Positions 10,416-20,602 of a DNA stretch of 64,000 nt are shown here, in pieces. The notes beneath the pieces were generated by a model. It did no database searches. It had not been told where the DNA came from and saw only the letters and a list, made by a program, of their open reading frames with translations. This DNA is from a bacterium (GTDB lineage: Bacteria; Bacteroidota; Ignavibacteria; Kapaibacteriales; Kapaibacteriaceae), in the NCBI GenBank assembly GCA_034440235.1, contig JAWXBR010000009.1, positions 88,440 to 152,439 of the forward strand, given 5' to 3'. Numbering within the stretch: position 1 is the first letter of the stretch; the number at the start of each line of letters is the position of its first letter. The position numbers and the translations under genes were made by a program.

Positions 10416-11696
10416 CTATCTCTTCTCCCAGTACAGCGTGCGGCGCAACTCTGTTATCCATTCCTGCTCGAGGCGCTGGCGCTTTTCGTAGGTAGCCATT
10501 TGCTCAAGTAGTTTGTAATCGCCATCCATCGTAGCAGAATGCTCGGCGAGTATCTCTTTGCGGTAGAGGATGTGATACCCCTGACGTGTTGGGTCTGTTG
10601 TGTATGGTAAAGGCTCGCTTACGCCTCCATCGGGGAGGTTCGCAACAATTGCTTTCATGTCCTCTGGGAGGCGCTCAAGTTCGATCTGTCCCATTGCGCC
10701 GCCGAAGCCTGCCGTTTCGCGCTCATCACTTGCTGTCTTGGCAAGTTCAACGAATGAGGTGCCTTCGCCGACTTTCTTTTTGACATCTAGTAGAGCAGCT
10801 CGAGCCACCTCTTTGTCGGTTTCGCTTTGTCCGACACGAATAAGAATGTGGCGTGCTGTTATCGAGTTGCCAGACTTCGTAATAAGCTGAATGATATGAA
10901 AGCCAAATGGAGTCTCTACGGGTTGCGAAATTTCCTCGGGTTGAAGACCGAATGCAGCATTCTCGAACGCAGGCACAAACTTGCCACGTTCGACTGTGCC
11001 AAGGTCGCCGCCGTTGACTGCTGAGCCTGGGTCTCCAGAGTGACGTCGTGCAAAGTCGCTAAACGATCCACCCTTCATTATCGAGTCGCGAATTCGCAAA
11101 GCAAGTTCGTTCGCTTCTTTTTTTTGCGTAGCAGAGGCTTTAACAAATTTTACTATGTGGTAGAGATCTACACGCGGCTGCACTTTTGGAATGGAATCGT
11201 GGTACCGTTTGTAAAAATCGTCGACTTCGCCACGTGTGATCTTTGTATTGGCAAACTTTTTATCTCGCATGGTCTCGACAAGGAGTTGCTTCCGGATCTC
11301 GTCTCTGAATTCGCGGCGTATACGTGACATCGACATTCCGTACACGTCTTCGATGCGCTTTTCTGAACCGAATTGCTGTACTAACGACTTAATCTGGAAT
11401 TCCATGCGTTCTGTGATCTGCTCTTCACTTACTTCAACGCTGTCTTCGATGGCCTTCGTCATAATTAAGCGCTCATTGATGAGTTGGTCGAGCACATAAT
11501 CGTGAAGTTTTTGTTCGTTGTCTTTAGCCGCTGCCGGATTCCGCTGAACCATGATGGCAACCTGTCCGTCGATGTCAGACTTTAGGATAATCTCTTTGCC
11601 AACCACAGCAACGATGCGTTCCATCGACCCCGTCTGGGCCGAAACACCAAGTGCAAGCAATAGAAAGCCGAGAAGGAGTGCCGTTTGGAATCGCAT
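10416..11696 (-). CDS. SurA-like periplasmic chaperone / PpiC-type (parvulin) peptidyl-prolyl isomerase
   Basis: Signal peptide MRFQTALLLGFLLLALGVSAQ, a SurA_N-like region, and parvulin signature ...GGDLG.V.RG.FVPAFE.AAF....FGFHIIQL. Confidence 0.75.
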   Translation of the reverse strand: MRFQTALLLGFLLLALGVSAQTGSMERIVAVVGKEIILKSDIDGQVAIMVQRNPAAAKDNEQKLHDYVLDQLINERLIMTKAIEDSVEVSEEQITERMEFQIKSLVQQFGSEKRIEDVYGMSMSRIRREFRDEIRKQLLVETMRDKKFANTKITRGEVDDFYKRYHDSIPKVQPRVDLYHIVKFVKASATQKKEANELALRIRDSIMKGGSFSDFARRHSGDPGSAVNGGDLGTVERGKFVPAFENAAFGLQPEEISQPVETPFGFHIIQLITKSGNSITARHILIRVGQSETDKEVARAALLDVKKKVGEGTSFVELAKTASDERETAGFGGAMGQIELERLPEDMKAIVANLPDGGVSEPLPYTTDPTRQGYHILYRKEILAEHSATMDGDYKLLEQMATYEKRQRLEQEWITELRRTLYWEKR

Positions 11697-13831
11697 TACT
11701 TGTAGATCTCGTTGATGGTCTTTTGATTGATGACGACTGCGTTGCGCTGACGAACATCGCTAAGCCATGCTTCGGTCAGTCGTTTTTGCAACGCGTCTTG
11801 ATACGCCGGAGCTAGCTCTGTAAGTGACTGCTCGAAAGTTTTGGGTGAAGGTTGTTCGATACCGTCGAGGCGTAACACAACGAAGCCCTTGTCGTGCGGA
11901 AACGGACCGATGACGCCACCTGAAACTGTATTTGCATCACGTGCCATTTGCGCGTACTTCGATGTCTTTGCACTAAGCGCCCCTAACGAACCACGTTTTT
12001 CACGCATGCCATCGCGTTGCGTTTCTTTCGATGCAATCTCCGCCAGATCTGAACCACCCGTTGCGGAAGTGGCAATCTCTTGAGCGCGATTTGCATCGGT
12101 TACATACACTTCTGTCAGCAGATACTTTGTGTCGGTCATCCAGCGGCTGCGTGTCGTGTCGTAAAAGGCACGCGCATCAACTGTATCAAAACGGAGTTTG
12201 CTCCATACTTCCTGCTCTTCGACCTTGAACATTAGAATGCCGTCTGTGAATTCCTGAATCAACGCTTTGAAATCGGGATGGGATGCTTCGAGGTTCGCTG
12301 TTGCTTGCTCGAGTAAATGCGCGTCGACGATTTTGTTAATAGCGCGATCATATCCTGCGGAATTCAAAGTGAAACCTCGCATATCAAGGCGATAACGCAA
12401 AGAATCGGCGAACTGTCCTACGGTAAGGTCTACCTTCGGTGAGGTGTAGAGAGTCTGATTCAGCAAGTCTGCCGGAATCTTACCATGCCACGTAGAGTCT
12501 TGAGCATTCTTCGTGCTGTCTACAACTGCTTTCATTCGCGCATAGACGTCGCGATTCCATGCATAGCCGTACACCGTTTTCAGTGAGTCGAGCACAAGGC
12601 GTTTGTCTTCTTCGAAGTACTGCCTACGATAGGTGCGACGAGCGTTGTCGCGTTCCATCACTTCATCTGGGTACTTCGTAGAGTCCAGGCGTATGATGTG
12701 GATGCCGTGGAGCGTACGGACCTTGCCCGAGACCTCGCCATCCTTAAGTGCGAATACTGCGTTCTCGAACGCAGGAAGAAGGCGTGTAGAGTTTGGCTCC
12801 ATACCTCCAGATCTTGAGTATGACGAACCAAGGTATCCACCCTTTGTAGCCGAAGCCGGATCGTCGGAATACGCTCCAGCCATTGCTGCAAACGGATCGT
12901 CGCCTGGCTCTACGCCCCGTGCGCGAAGCGCAGCCCCTTGCTGAGCACCTGGCATGCGAAGGATTTGAAGTAAGCTGTCGGCTAGGCGTTCGGTTGCTAC
13001 TGTATCGCGTTCGGCTTTAGGCCCGAGCAGTATGTGACGGAACTTGACAACTTTACGCGGTTGACTTTGTTCGACGTTTACAATGAAGTAACCAAACCGT
13101 GAAGGAACTGGTTTTTTTGAGAACGAGCCAGCAGGAACTGCATACGCTTCGTCTTCGACAATCTTAATAATCGAACCACCAGAGATCCATGGAAGGTCGC
13201 CACCGTTAGATCCTGTTTCTTTGTCATCGGACGAATCGCGAGCGAGCTGCGCAAAGTTAGCGCCACTCTCGAGCATGCGAATGAGATTCAAGGCCTTGTT
13301 ATAGCTACGTACAGTGTCCCAGGAATTTTGTCCCGGTGGCACAACAGCCGCCAACATGATGGCTACTTTCAATTCCTTTGTGCGACGCCGTGTAAGCTCA
13401 GCAACACGCGCATCTGCAATTGCTTTGTCGAAGTAAAACGTTTCCGAGAGAAGCTTGCGATTGTTTGCGATGTCCGATTTCACAGCCGTGTCGTTCTGTA
13501 CTCCACGTTCGCGCGCACTCATGACTTTCAAACGATAGTTCGTATAGAGTCGTAAAAACTCCAATGCTGTATCGCGTGGCACTCCGGAAAGTTTTGTTTC
13601 GCGGCGATTCATGTTTTTCTGAAACGCACGCTCGACGTCGGCGTAAATAATGTTCTCAGAGCCAACAGTAGCCATAACCGCGTTGTTGTAACGCGATTCG
13701 GCGTTGGTCGAGGTGGAAGCAGTCGATGTCGTGTTCTTGGTTGTTTTGGCAGGTTTTTTCTTCTGCGCAGACATGGGCGACCCGACAACAAAAAGCAAAG
13801 AACAGATGACGAGAATTTTTGCAGACAGCAT
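11696..13831 (-). CDS. PpiC-type peptidyl-prolyl isomerase with two parvulin domains (SurA/PpiD-like)
   Basis: Signal peptide. Two parvulin-like blocks (GGDLPWISGG...FGYFIVNV and KGGYLGSSY...HGIHIIRL). Its stop overlaps the start of the downstream surA-like gene. Confidence 0.7.
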   Translation of the reverse strand: MLSAKILVICSLLFVVGSPMSAQKKKPAKTTKNTTSTASTSTNAESRYNNAVMATVGSENIIYADVERAFQKNMNRRETKLSGVPRDTALEFLRLYTNYRLKVMSARERGVQNDTAVKSDIANNRKLLSETFYFDKAIADARVAELTRRRTKELKVAIMLAAVVPPGQNSWDTVRSYNKALNLIRMLESGANFAQLARDSSDDKETGSNGGDLPWISGGSIIKIVEDEAYAVPAGSFSKKPVPSRFGYFIVNVEQSQPRKVVKFRHILLGPKAERDTVATERLADSLLQILRMPGAQQGAALRARGVEPGDDPFAAMAGAYSDDPASATKGGYLGSSYSRSGGMEPNSTRLLPAFENAVFALKDGEVSGKVRTLHGIHIIRLDSTKYPDEVMERDNARRTYRRQYFEEDKRLVLDSLKTVYGYAWNRDVYARMKAVVDSTKNAQDSTWHGKIPADLLNQTLYTSPKVDLTVGQFADSLRYRLDMRGFTLNSAGYDRAINKIVDAHLLEQATANLEASHPDFKALIQEFTDGILMFKVEEQEVWSKLRFDTVDARAFYDTTRSRWMTDTKYLLTEVYVTDANRAQEIATSATGGSDLAEIASKETQRDGMREKRGSLGALSAKTSKYAQMARDANTVSGGVIGPFPHDKGFVVLRLDGIEQPSPKTFEQSLTELAPAYQDALQKRLTEAWLSDVRQRNAVVINQKTINEIYK

Positions 13832-13947
13832 AAGCGAAATAACCCGTGACCTAATTATAGAAGATTTAGCAAGGGCGCAAGCGCCAAACCACTAACCGGA
13901 TGAATACAGTAGCGCAGGGCATGCAGACGCCGAAACAGCAAAAATAG

Positions 13948-15315
13948 TCAGCCGAGCAACTCCACGCCTACCTTCCATATATCACCAGCCCCCATCGTGA
14001 GGACCAAATCACCGGGTTGGAGGATGCTTTGGAGGTAGTCGCGGACGTCAGAGGAGTGGGGTACGTAGTGAACCTGCGAATGCCCCGCAAGCCTTGCTGC
14101 ATCAGCGATGAGCGCCCCCGAGACACCTTCGATTGCGGGCTCTCTAGCTGCATAAACGTCGGTTAAAACGAGGACGTCTGCGTTGGCAAACGACTCCGCA
14201 AATGCCTGAAAAAAGTCTCGGGTCCGGGTGTACGTATGAGGCTGAAAGACCGCCACGATGCGCCTATCCCATCCAGCACGTGCGGCGGCCAGTGTTGCCA
14301 GGATTTCTGTTGGGTGGTGTGCGTAGTCGTCGATTACCAATATTCCATGGTGCTCGCCACGGACTTCGAAGCGTCTATACACACCATGAAATTCTCCAAG
14401 TGCTTCACGAATTACATCGGCATCGATACCAAGCTCGAGCGCCATCGATGCAGCAGCAAGCGAATTGCGCACGTTATGCTCACCCGGCACATGTAACGTC
14501 ACACGTCCGAGGTCGACGCCCTCATGCACGAGCGAATAACTCACCTGCCGTTCATGTGCTTCGATATCAACGGCCCTCGTCGTGCAGTCCTCAGAAAGTC
14601 CGTACGTAATCACGCGCCGCTCAAAGCTCGGAAGTATGCACCGCACACCATCATCGTCGAGGCACACACATGCAACACCATAAAACGGAACCTTGTTCGC
14701 AAACTCTATGAAAGCACCTTTAATGTCATCGAGGTCTGTGTAAATATCTAGGTGGTCTGCTTCGACGTTTGTAATAATTGCAATGCTCGGAAGCAGTTGC
14801 AAAAACGACCTATCGTATTCGTCGGCCTCGAGCACCATCCAGTCGCCAGCGCCAAGGCGCGCATTCGTGCCACCGAGCCCCTTCAGTCGGCCCCCTACAA
14901 TTACCGTAGGGTCGAGTCCAGCCTTAATCATCACAAGTCCACACATCGACGTCGTTGTTGTCTTGCCATGTGTACCTGCAATGGCCAAACAATACTTTAG
15001 TCGCGACACTTCCGAAAGCATCTCGGCCCTTCTGATAAGGGGTACGCCGCGCTCACGCGCGGCAAGGGTCTCGGGGTTTGTGCCTACACGCACTGCGCTC
15101 GAATACACCACAACATCGGCGCCCTCTACATTCTGCGCTTCGTGTCCGATAAACACCGTCGCGCCTCGACTCACAAGCGCCTCAGTGATGTCGCTCCTCT
15201 GCATATCCGACCCACTCACACGAAACCCTTGCGACAACAGGATCTCGGCAATACCGCTCATGCCGATGCCTCCGATGCCAACAAAGTGAATGTGTTTGAG
15301 AGTAGAAAAGTGCAT
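13948..15315 (-). CDS. murC: UDP-N-acetylmuramate--L-alanine ligase
   Basis: N-terminus HIHFVGIGGIGMSGIAEILLSQGFRVSGSD and the Mur-ligase P-loop GTHGKTTTTSM. Length 455 aa. Confidence 0.9.
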   Translation of the reverse strand: MHFSTLKHIHFVGIGGIGMSGIAEILLSQGFRVSGSDMQRSDITEALVSRGATVFIGHEAQNVEGADVVVYSSAVRVGTNPETLAARERGVPLIRRAEMLSEVSRLKYCLAIAGTHGKTTTTSMCGLVMIKAGLDPTVIVGGRLKGLGGTNARLGAGDWMVLEADEYDRSFLQLLPSIAIITNVEADHLDIYTDLDDIKGAFIEFANKVPFYGVACVCLDDDGVRCILPSFERRVITYGLSEDCTTRAVDIEAHERQVSYSLVHEGVDLGRVTLHVPGEHNVRNSLAAASMALELGIDADVIREALGEFHGVYRRFEVRGEHHGILVIDDYAHHPTEILATLAAARAGWDRRIVAVFQPHTYTRTRDFFQAFAESFANADVLVLTDVYAAREPAIEGVSGALIADAARLAGHSQVHYVPHSSDVRDYLQSILQPGDLVLTMGAGDIWKVGVELLG

Positions 15316-15376
15316 AAAGGGACAACAGAGCGTGGTTAGCGAGAAGTAGACTTAGATGATCTAAACGTGACGTTCT

Positions 15377-16252
15377 TTACAGGTAAAGTTCCGGACGTCT
15401 GTCCGCAAGGATGTCGTTAAACGAGTTTATTGTTTTTGAACGCGTTGCCGAGGGGTCGATCTCCGCCACAAGCATGCAATCGTTCACCTGATTTGACGAG
15501 GCATATTTTTTGTCCGTTAATTCGAGGTTTGGATTCGATGCCGCAAGCACCTCGCCATTGTACGAATAGATAACGCTGTCCCCATTAAATGTCACGCTTT
15601 CGTCGTTATTCGTTTCTGTTCCGGCACGATTGGCTACTGCGAGATACACCTTGTTCTCAAGTGCACGCACGGGCATTGCCTTTCTCCACACGTGTGTGAT
15701 GAGATTGCTTGGAGCAGCAATCAGGTCAGCCCCCTTCAACGCAAGCGTACGCGCCGCTTCGGGGAATCGCCAGTCGTAGCAGATCATCGTTCCCAGAGTG
15801 CAATCGAAACTAGGTAAGCGAACAACGTTGAAGCCTGAATCGCCTGGCGAGAAGACAAGATTTTCTTTATAGAAAAGATGTGTTTTGCGATACACTGTTG
15901 TTGCGATGTCAGCGCCGGCTATTAGCGCCGAATTGTAGAGCGCATTGCCGTCGTTCGGTGTAACTGACGAACGTGGTTTTGCAATACTCGGTGTTGCTTC
16001 CTCGGCAAAACCACACACGATAACACGTCCCGTTTCTCTAGCTGCGTTTACTAGTGCTTGAATCTGTTCACTCTCAACGTGTAGCGCATATCCGCGCGCT
16101 TCGTCAGCCGAATGAAAAAAGTATCCGCTCGTTGCGAGTTCGGGCAGAACTAGAACGTCGACATCCGTCGTGCGAATAATCTGTTCGATGCCCCGAACGT
16201 TTGCATCGATGTCTTTGAACACAGGCGTGAACTGTGCAACGCCGAGTTTCAT
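15377..16252 (-). CDS. Carbon-nitrogen hydrolase family protein (nitrilase/amidase superfamily)
   Basis: MKLGVAQF start. Conserved E...K...C pattern (catalytic Cys in MICYDWRFPE). Typical 291-aa length. Confidence 0.8.
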   Translation of the reverse strand: MKLGVAQFTPVFKDIDANVRGIEQIIRTTDVDVLVLPELATSGYFFHSADEARGYALHVESEQIQALVNAARETGRVIVCGFAEEATPSIAKPRSSVTPNDGNALYNSALIAGADIATTVYRKTHLFYKENLVFSPGDSGFNVVRLPSFDCTLGTMICYDWRFPEAARTLALKGADLIAAPSNLITHVWRKAMPVRALENKVYLAVANRAGTETNNDESVTFNGDSVIYSYNGEVLAASNPNLELTDKKYASSNQVNDCMLVAEIDPSATRSKTINSFNDILADRRPELYL

Positions 16253-16280
16253 AGTGCGACGCCAATCAGCCTAGTGCTAA

Positions 16281-17063
16281 TCATAGTGCAATGCTAAACG
16301 AGAAAAGGGGCGTTATGTCGCGATTCAACAGATCTGCAGGTAAGACACCTATGCTGCTGTTCTTCGGAAGTATTCCATTTGCGGCATCGAAGAGTTTGTC
16401 GTTCAGTGCATTTGTCAGCAGGGCAACGCCAACACCGAGGGCATAGCCAGCAAGCACGTCGCTTAGGTAGTGCATGCCAAGATTTAGGCGGCTAAAGCCT
16501 GTAAACAATGCGTATGCTACACTTGGTGCAATTACATACCAGTGCGGATAACGCAACGAGAGTGAAGTTGCAAGTGCAGCCGATCCCGCACTGTGTCCGC
16601 TCGGGAATGACGCATCATGATCGTTCCTGTAGTTCACAATTGTGCCCGGGTACTGCTGGTACGGACGCTGCCGGTCGACGAGTGTCTTAATGCCCAGCGA
16701 GAGTGCATACGTTACGCCCATCGTTACAGCGGTTTGCAAGCCCGTCTCTGCCATATACCGATTGTCTGGTGACGAATCGAACACTTCAAGTGCACCCAGT
16801 GCATAGAGCGTCACAGGCACACCTATCGATAATGGAATCAGCGCGTCGCTGGCTACACCCGAAGCTGTGCGCAAACCCGTAGAGTTTATCGAGTTCGCAT
16901 CTAGCGTTATGCGCGCCTCCCACGAAAGCTCCGTCGTCTGTGCGCGCGCGACCGTCGAGAGGCAGCAGATCACCGTTAGAACTATGGCTATACGTTGCAT
17001 AGGGTATGGGGCTTGGCGTTGCATGAGATATGGGGCTAGGCGTTGCATCGGACAAAAGTACAT
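16281..17063 (-). CDS. PAP2-family phosphatase (signal-peptide bearing)
   Basis: PAP2 motifs KTLVDRQRPY, PSGHS and SRLNLGMHYLSDV. The N-terminus contains the tandem peptide repeat MQRLAPYL/MQRQAPYP/MQRIAIV, so the true start is probably an internal Met near 17000. Confidence 0.75.
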   Translation of the reverse strand: MYFCPMQRLAPYLMQRQAPYPMQRIAIVLTVICCLSTVARAQTTELSWEARITLDANSINSTGLRTASGVASDALIPLSIGVPVTLYALGALEVFDSSPDNRYMAETGLQTAVTMGVTYALSLGIKTLVDRQRPYQQYPGTIVNYRNDHDASFPSGHSAGSAALATSLSLRYPHWYVIAPSVAYALFTGFSRLNLGMHYLSDVLAGYALGVGVALLTNALNDKLFDAANGILPKNSSIGVLPADLLNRDITPLFSFSIAL

Positions 17064-17211
17064 CAGCGGAGGCTAGGCTTTCACGCTCATCACAGCTTTG
17101 TGTCCGTTCAACGCCTGTCACATTTGCACCCTGTCAATGCCCGATTGATGCTACGAGGACATCATCTCAGCTCTAACCGATAGTGAAAATCCCCGTGATT
17201 ACTGGTATCGT

Positions 17212-17898
17212 ATGAAGGAACGTGAGGTCGAGTCAAGCAATGTTCAGTTGTCGACAATTTGTCGACAACTGAAACTCCCATCATCTGACGGCAAGAATTA
17301 CAAAACCGATTGTGTTCACACCGAAGGCGCCCTCCGCATCATCCAGTCTATCCCTAGTCAGAAGGCGGAGCCATTCAAGCGGTGGCTGACCGAGGTAGGG
17401 TACCAACGAATTCAGGAAATTGGAAACCCGGAGTTGGTGCAACGTCGAATACGAGATATCTATCGGGCGAAGGGTTACCCTGATGACTGGATTGAAAAAC
17501 GTGTGAGAGGTATCGCTATACATGATGAGCTAACTGGCGAATGGAAAAAACGCAAGGTTTCAGATCACATAGAATTCGCCATCCTCACAACTGAAATATC
17601 GAAGGCGACGTTTGGGTTTACACCAATGGAGTACAAACAGCTTAAAGGCTTACAACGCGAAAATCTTCGCGACCACATGAATAATCTTGAGCTGCTGTTT
17701 ACAATGCTTGGTGAAGCAGCAACCACCGAGATTGCGCGCAATACGGTTGCGCAGGGTTTTGAACAAAACAAAGAAGCTGCACAAGAAGGGGGCTCGGTTG
17801 CAGGTAGGGCACTGCGTCAGCTCGAAGCAAAATCCGGAAGAAAAATTGGCTCAAGCAAAAATTACATCGACTCTAAACCCGAGCCTAAACTGAGATGA
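17212..17898 (+). CDS. DNA-damage-inducible protein D-like (DinD/RhuM family, Bro-N-like N-terminus)
   Basis: Recalled resemblance to E. coli DinD/RhuM across the length (..FKRWL..., ...QLKGLQRENLRDHMNNLELLFTMLGEAATTEIAR...). Confidence 0.55.
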   Translation: MKEREVESSNVQLSTICRQLKLPSSDGKNYKTDCVHTEGALRIIQSIPSQKAEPFKRWLTEVGYQRIQEIGNPELVQRRIRDIYRAKGYPDDWIEKRVRGIAIHDELTGEWKKRKVSDHIEFAILTTEISKATFGFTPMEYKQLKGLQRENLRDHMNNLELLFTMLGEAATTEIARNTVAQGFEQNKEAAQEGGSVAGRALRQLEAKSGRKIGSSKNYIDSKPEPKLR

Positions 17899-18002
17899 TA
17901 ACCGAAGCGCAAGTCACAATGGATTGTGGCAAAGAGTAGTTTCAATTATCTCGACATCCCATCTGACGTCCCTTCCTACGTCCCGACCCGTACATTTGCG
18001 TT

Positions 18003-18980
18003 ATGAGAGTAGCAATTGTTGGGGCAACGGGGCTGGTCGGACGAACCATGATGCAGGTGTTGGAGGAGCGCGCGTTTCCTGTGACGTCGCTTGTGTTGTT
18101 AGCAAGCGAACGGTCTGCTGGCGAACGCATGGAGTGGAAGGGCGAGACCCTTGTCGTAGAGCCCCTTACCGAACCTTTGCCGAATGTCGATATCGCATTG
18201 TTTAGTGCAGGGGGCTCGGTCAGTAAGGACTGGGCGCCGCGCTTTGCAGCGACGGGTGCGGTGGTGATCGATAATTCGAGCTACTGGCGCATGGACCCCG
18301 ACGTGCCACTTGTGGTGCCCGAGGTGAATGCCGAAGATGCGCTGAAACACAAGGGCATCATTGCAAATCCGAATTGCTCGACCATTCAACTAGTGGTTGC
18401 GTTAAAGCCTCTGCATGAAGCGTTTGGACTAAAGCGGGTAATTGTGAGCACGTATCAGAGTGTGAGTGGGGCGGGTCAAAAAGGTGTCGACCAACTGCAG
18501 GCGGAACTTGCGGGCGTTACACCAACGTCTCGCATATCAACGCACCCTTTAGCACATAACGCCGTGTTTCATTCGATTGCAGAAATGCATGGCGACTCAG
18601 AAGAAGAAATAAAAATGCAGCGCGAAACACGTCGCATTATGCACCTCGACGAGTTGAACATCGCTGTAACGTGTGTGCGTGTGCCCGTCCTTGGTGGCCA
18701 TGCAGAAGCCGTGGTAATCGAAACGGTGCGTCACATTACGCCAGTATTAGCCGCTGAGGTTTTCTCCGGTGCGCCGGGCATTGTACTCGAAGACGATCCT
18801 TCAAATAATCACTACCCAACGCCTCACGGCGTAGCAGATTCAGACCTGGTGCATGTCGGTCGGCTGCGTGCCGATTCGTCGGCACCAAACGGACATGGCC
18901 TCATGTTGTGGGTTGTTGCAAACAACCTTCGCAAAGGCGCTGCAACAAATGCAGTACAGATCGCAGAAATACTATCATGA
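18003..18980 (+). CDS. asd: Aspartate-semialdehyde dehydrogenase
   Basis: MRVAIVGATGLVGRTMMQVLEER and active-site Cys in IIANPNCSTIQLVVALKPL. Its stop overlaps the downstream ATG (ATGA). Confidence 0.9.
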   Translation: MRVAIVGATGLVGRTMMQVLEERAFPVTSLVLLASERSAGERMEWKGETLVVEPLTEPLPNVDIALFSAGGSVSKDWAPRFAATGAVVIDNSSYWRMDPDVPLVVPEVNAEDALKHKGIIANPNCSTIQLVVALKPLHEAFGLKRVIVSTYQSVSGAGQKGVDQLQAELAGVTPTSRISTHPLAHNAVFHSIAEMHGDSEEEIKMQRETRRIMHLDELNIAVTCVRVPVLGGHAEAVVIETVRHITPVLAAEVFSGAPGIVLEDDPSNNHYPTPHGVADSDLVHVGRLRADSSAPNGHGLMLWVVANNLRKGAATNAVQIAEILS

Positions 18981-20224
18981 ACACCTATGTTGTAATAATG
19001 GCCGGCGGCTCCGGCGAACGCTTTTGGCCCCTGTCGCGCATTAAGAAACCAAAACAGTTGCTTCGGTTAACGTCTGACTCGCAAACCATGATAGAGCAGG
19101 CCATCGAGCGCATCACGCCACTTGTGCCTGCCGAACGCATCCTCATCATCACGAGCGAAGTGCTCCGAGAGCCCCTTCTCAGCGCCTTACCAGCGCTACC
19201 CAAAGAGAACATTATCGCAGAACCTGCAAAACGCAATACCGCACCGTGCCTTGCATTAGCGGCGGCGATTATCAAGGTGCGCGAAGGCAATGGAAGCGCA
19301 AATACCAGCGCAAAAACCACCACGAGTACCAGCGCAAATACCAGCGCAAAAACCAACGCGCATACTGCCGATGTAGTTAGCTCTGGTAACGACGCGCTTA
19401 TGGTTGTGCTGGCCGCCGATCATTTTATTGGTGATGCCGATGCATTTCGAGCTGATATCACCAAAGCATTGAATTATGCAGAGGCAAACGATGCACTCGT
19501 AACGATTGGTATACCACCGACACGTCCGGAAACCGGCTACGGATACATTCAGATCGTGCGCGCACAACGCGAAGACAAATTCGCAATTCATCCAGTCGTG
19601 CAATTCCGTGAAAAACCCACCGCCGAACTTGCCCGCGAGTTTCTAGCATCGGGTAACTATCTCTGGAATTCAGGCATGTTTTTCTGGCGTGTGTCGACAC
19701 TCGAATCTGCGATGAAGGCGAACCTTCCGCTAGTAGGTGGCGAAATCCAAGCAATGACTGAAATCATGTCCGGTAAAACGGGCTCAAGTTCTTTAGTGGT
19801 TGAAAGCGACTCCGACGACGCTTTGCAAAAAATCTACACACAGAAAAATTTGATGGAATTGCTTTTCAATTCGATGCCGGACATCAGCATCGATTTCAGC
19901 GTAATGGAACGCGCCAAGAATGTTGCGGTTTTGCCAGCGTCATTTCCGTGGGACGACGTCGGATCGTGGGATGCTCTCGACAGACTGCAGAGTCACGACT
20001 CGTTCGATAACGTCGTCGAAGGCGTTGTAGAAATGATCGACACAGCAGGCAGTATTATCTGCAATGCCAATTCGCGTCCGCACATCGTTGCCACCCTCGG
20101 CCTCGACGACATTGTTATTGTTGCCACCGACGACGCAACACTCGTCTGCTCCAAAGACCGAGCGCAGGATGTCAAACTGCTTGTCACGGGGCTTCGAAAC
20201 AAGGGGCGGAAGGACGTACTGTAA
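18977..20224 (+). CDS. manC: Mannose-1-phosphate guanylyltransferase (GDP-mannose pyrophosphorylase)
   Basis: MNTYVVIMAGGSGERFWPLSRIKKPKQLL nucleotidyl-transferase motif; start chosen at the internal ATG at 18977. Contains an in-frame low-complexity insertion (NTSAKTTTSTSANTSAKTN) from a DNA tandem repeat. Confidence 0.8.
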   Translation: MNTYVVIMAGGSGERFWPLSRIKKPKQLLRLTSDSQTMIEQAIERITPLVPAERILIITSEVLREPLLSALPALPKENIIAEPAKRNTAPCLALAAAIIKVREGNGSANTSAKTTTSTSANTSAKTNAHTADVVSSGNDALMVVLAADHFIGDADAFRADITKALNYAEANDALVTIGIPPTRPETGYGYIQIVRAQREDKFAIHPVVQFREKPTAELAREFLASGNYLWNSGMFFWRVSTLESAMKANLPLVGGEIQAMTEIMSGKTGSSSLVVESDSDDALQKIYTQKNLMELLFNSMPDISIDFSVMERAKNVAVLPASFPWDDVGSWDALDRLQSHDSFDNVVEGVVEMIDTAGSIICNANSRPHIVATLGLDDIVIVATDDATLVCSKDRAQDVKLLVTGLRNKGRKDVL

Positions 20225-20529
20225 TGGCATCAGATAGTATCATCTTAAGTGCGGCAAACAAAATCTCGATTGCGTTCGACATGGACGACGTGGCTACGCT
20301 TACGACTCTGGATGAGATTCGTGAAGCACTCATACACCGCATCGTCGAGCTGCTCAATCGCAACCCAGAACGACTGATGGTGTTGTTGTATCGCATAGAT
20401 GTGAGCGAAGCACGCGTAAACGAAATCTTCAGCAAGGCGCTTCCGCCAGACGTCCCAGAACTCGTCGCAGACCTAATCATCGAACGTCAGTTGGCTAAAG
20501 CGGAGACACGAGCTAGAGGGGGCGTTTGA
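20224..20529 (+). CDS. Small hypothetical protein (101 aa), translationally coupled to manC (TAATG)
   Basis: ORF with a 1-nt stop/start overlap with manC. No recognisable motif. Confidence 0.4.
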   Translation: MASDSIILSAANKISIAFDMDDVATLTTLDEIREALIHRIVELLNRNPERLMVLLYRIDVSEARVNEIFSKALPPDVPELVADLIIERQLAKAETRARGGV

Positions 20530-20569
20530 GAAGAGTGGTTTCCTATATTACAAACGACTTACTCGTATT

Positions 20570-20596
20570 ATCCCGGGAATCATTATCTCCCGGAAT
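20570..20596. repeat. REP element copy (27-nt hairpin-forming palindromic unit ATYCCGGGA-N9-TCCCGGAAT)
   Basis: ATCCCGGGAATCATTATCTCCCGGAAT differs at 1 position from the units flanking the RAYT gene at 27940-28835. It is intergenic, upstream of hutI. Confidence 0.7.
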
Positions 20597-20602
20597 AAAC
20601 TG

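Noticed and set aside
14783-15289. 168-aa + strand ORF inside murC
   Set aside because: Antisense to the high-confidence murC gene. Pro/Ser-rich with no motif.
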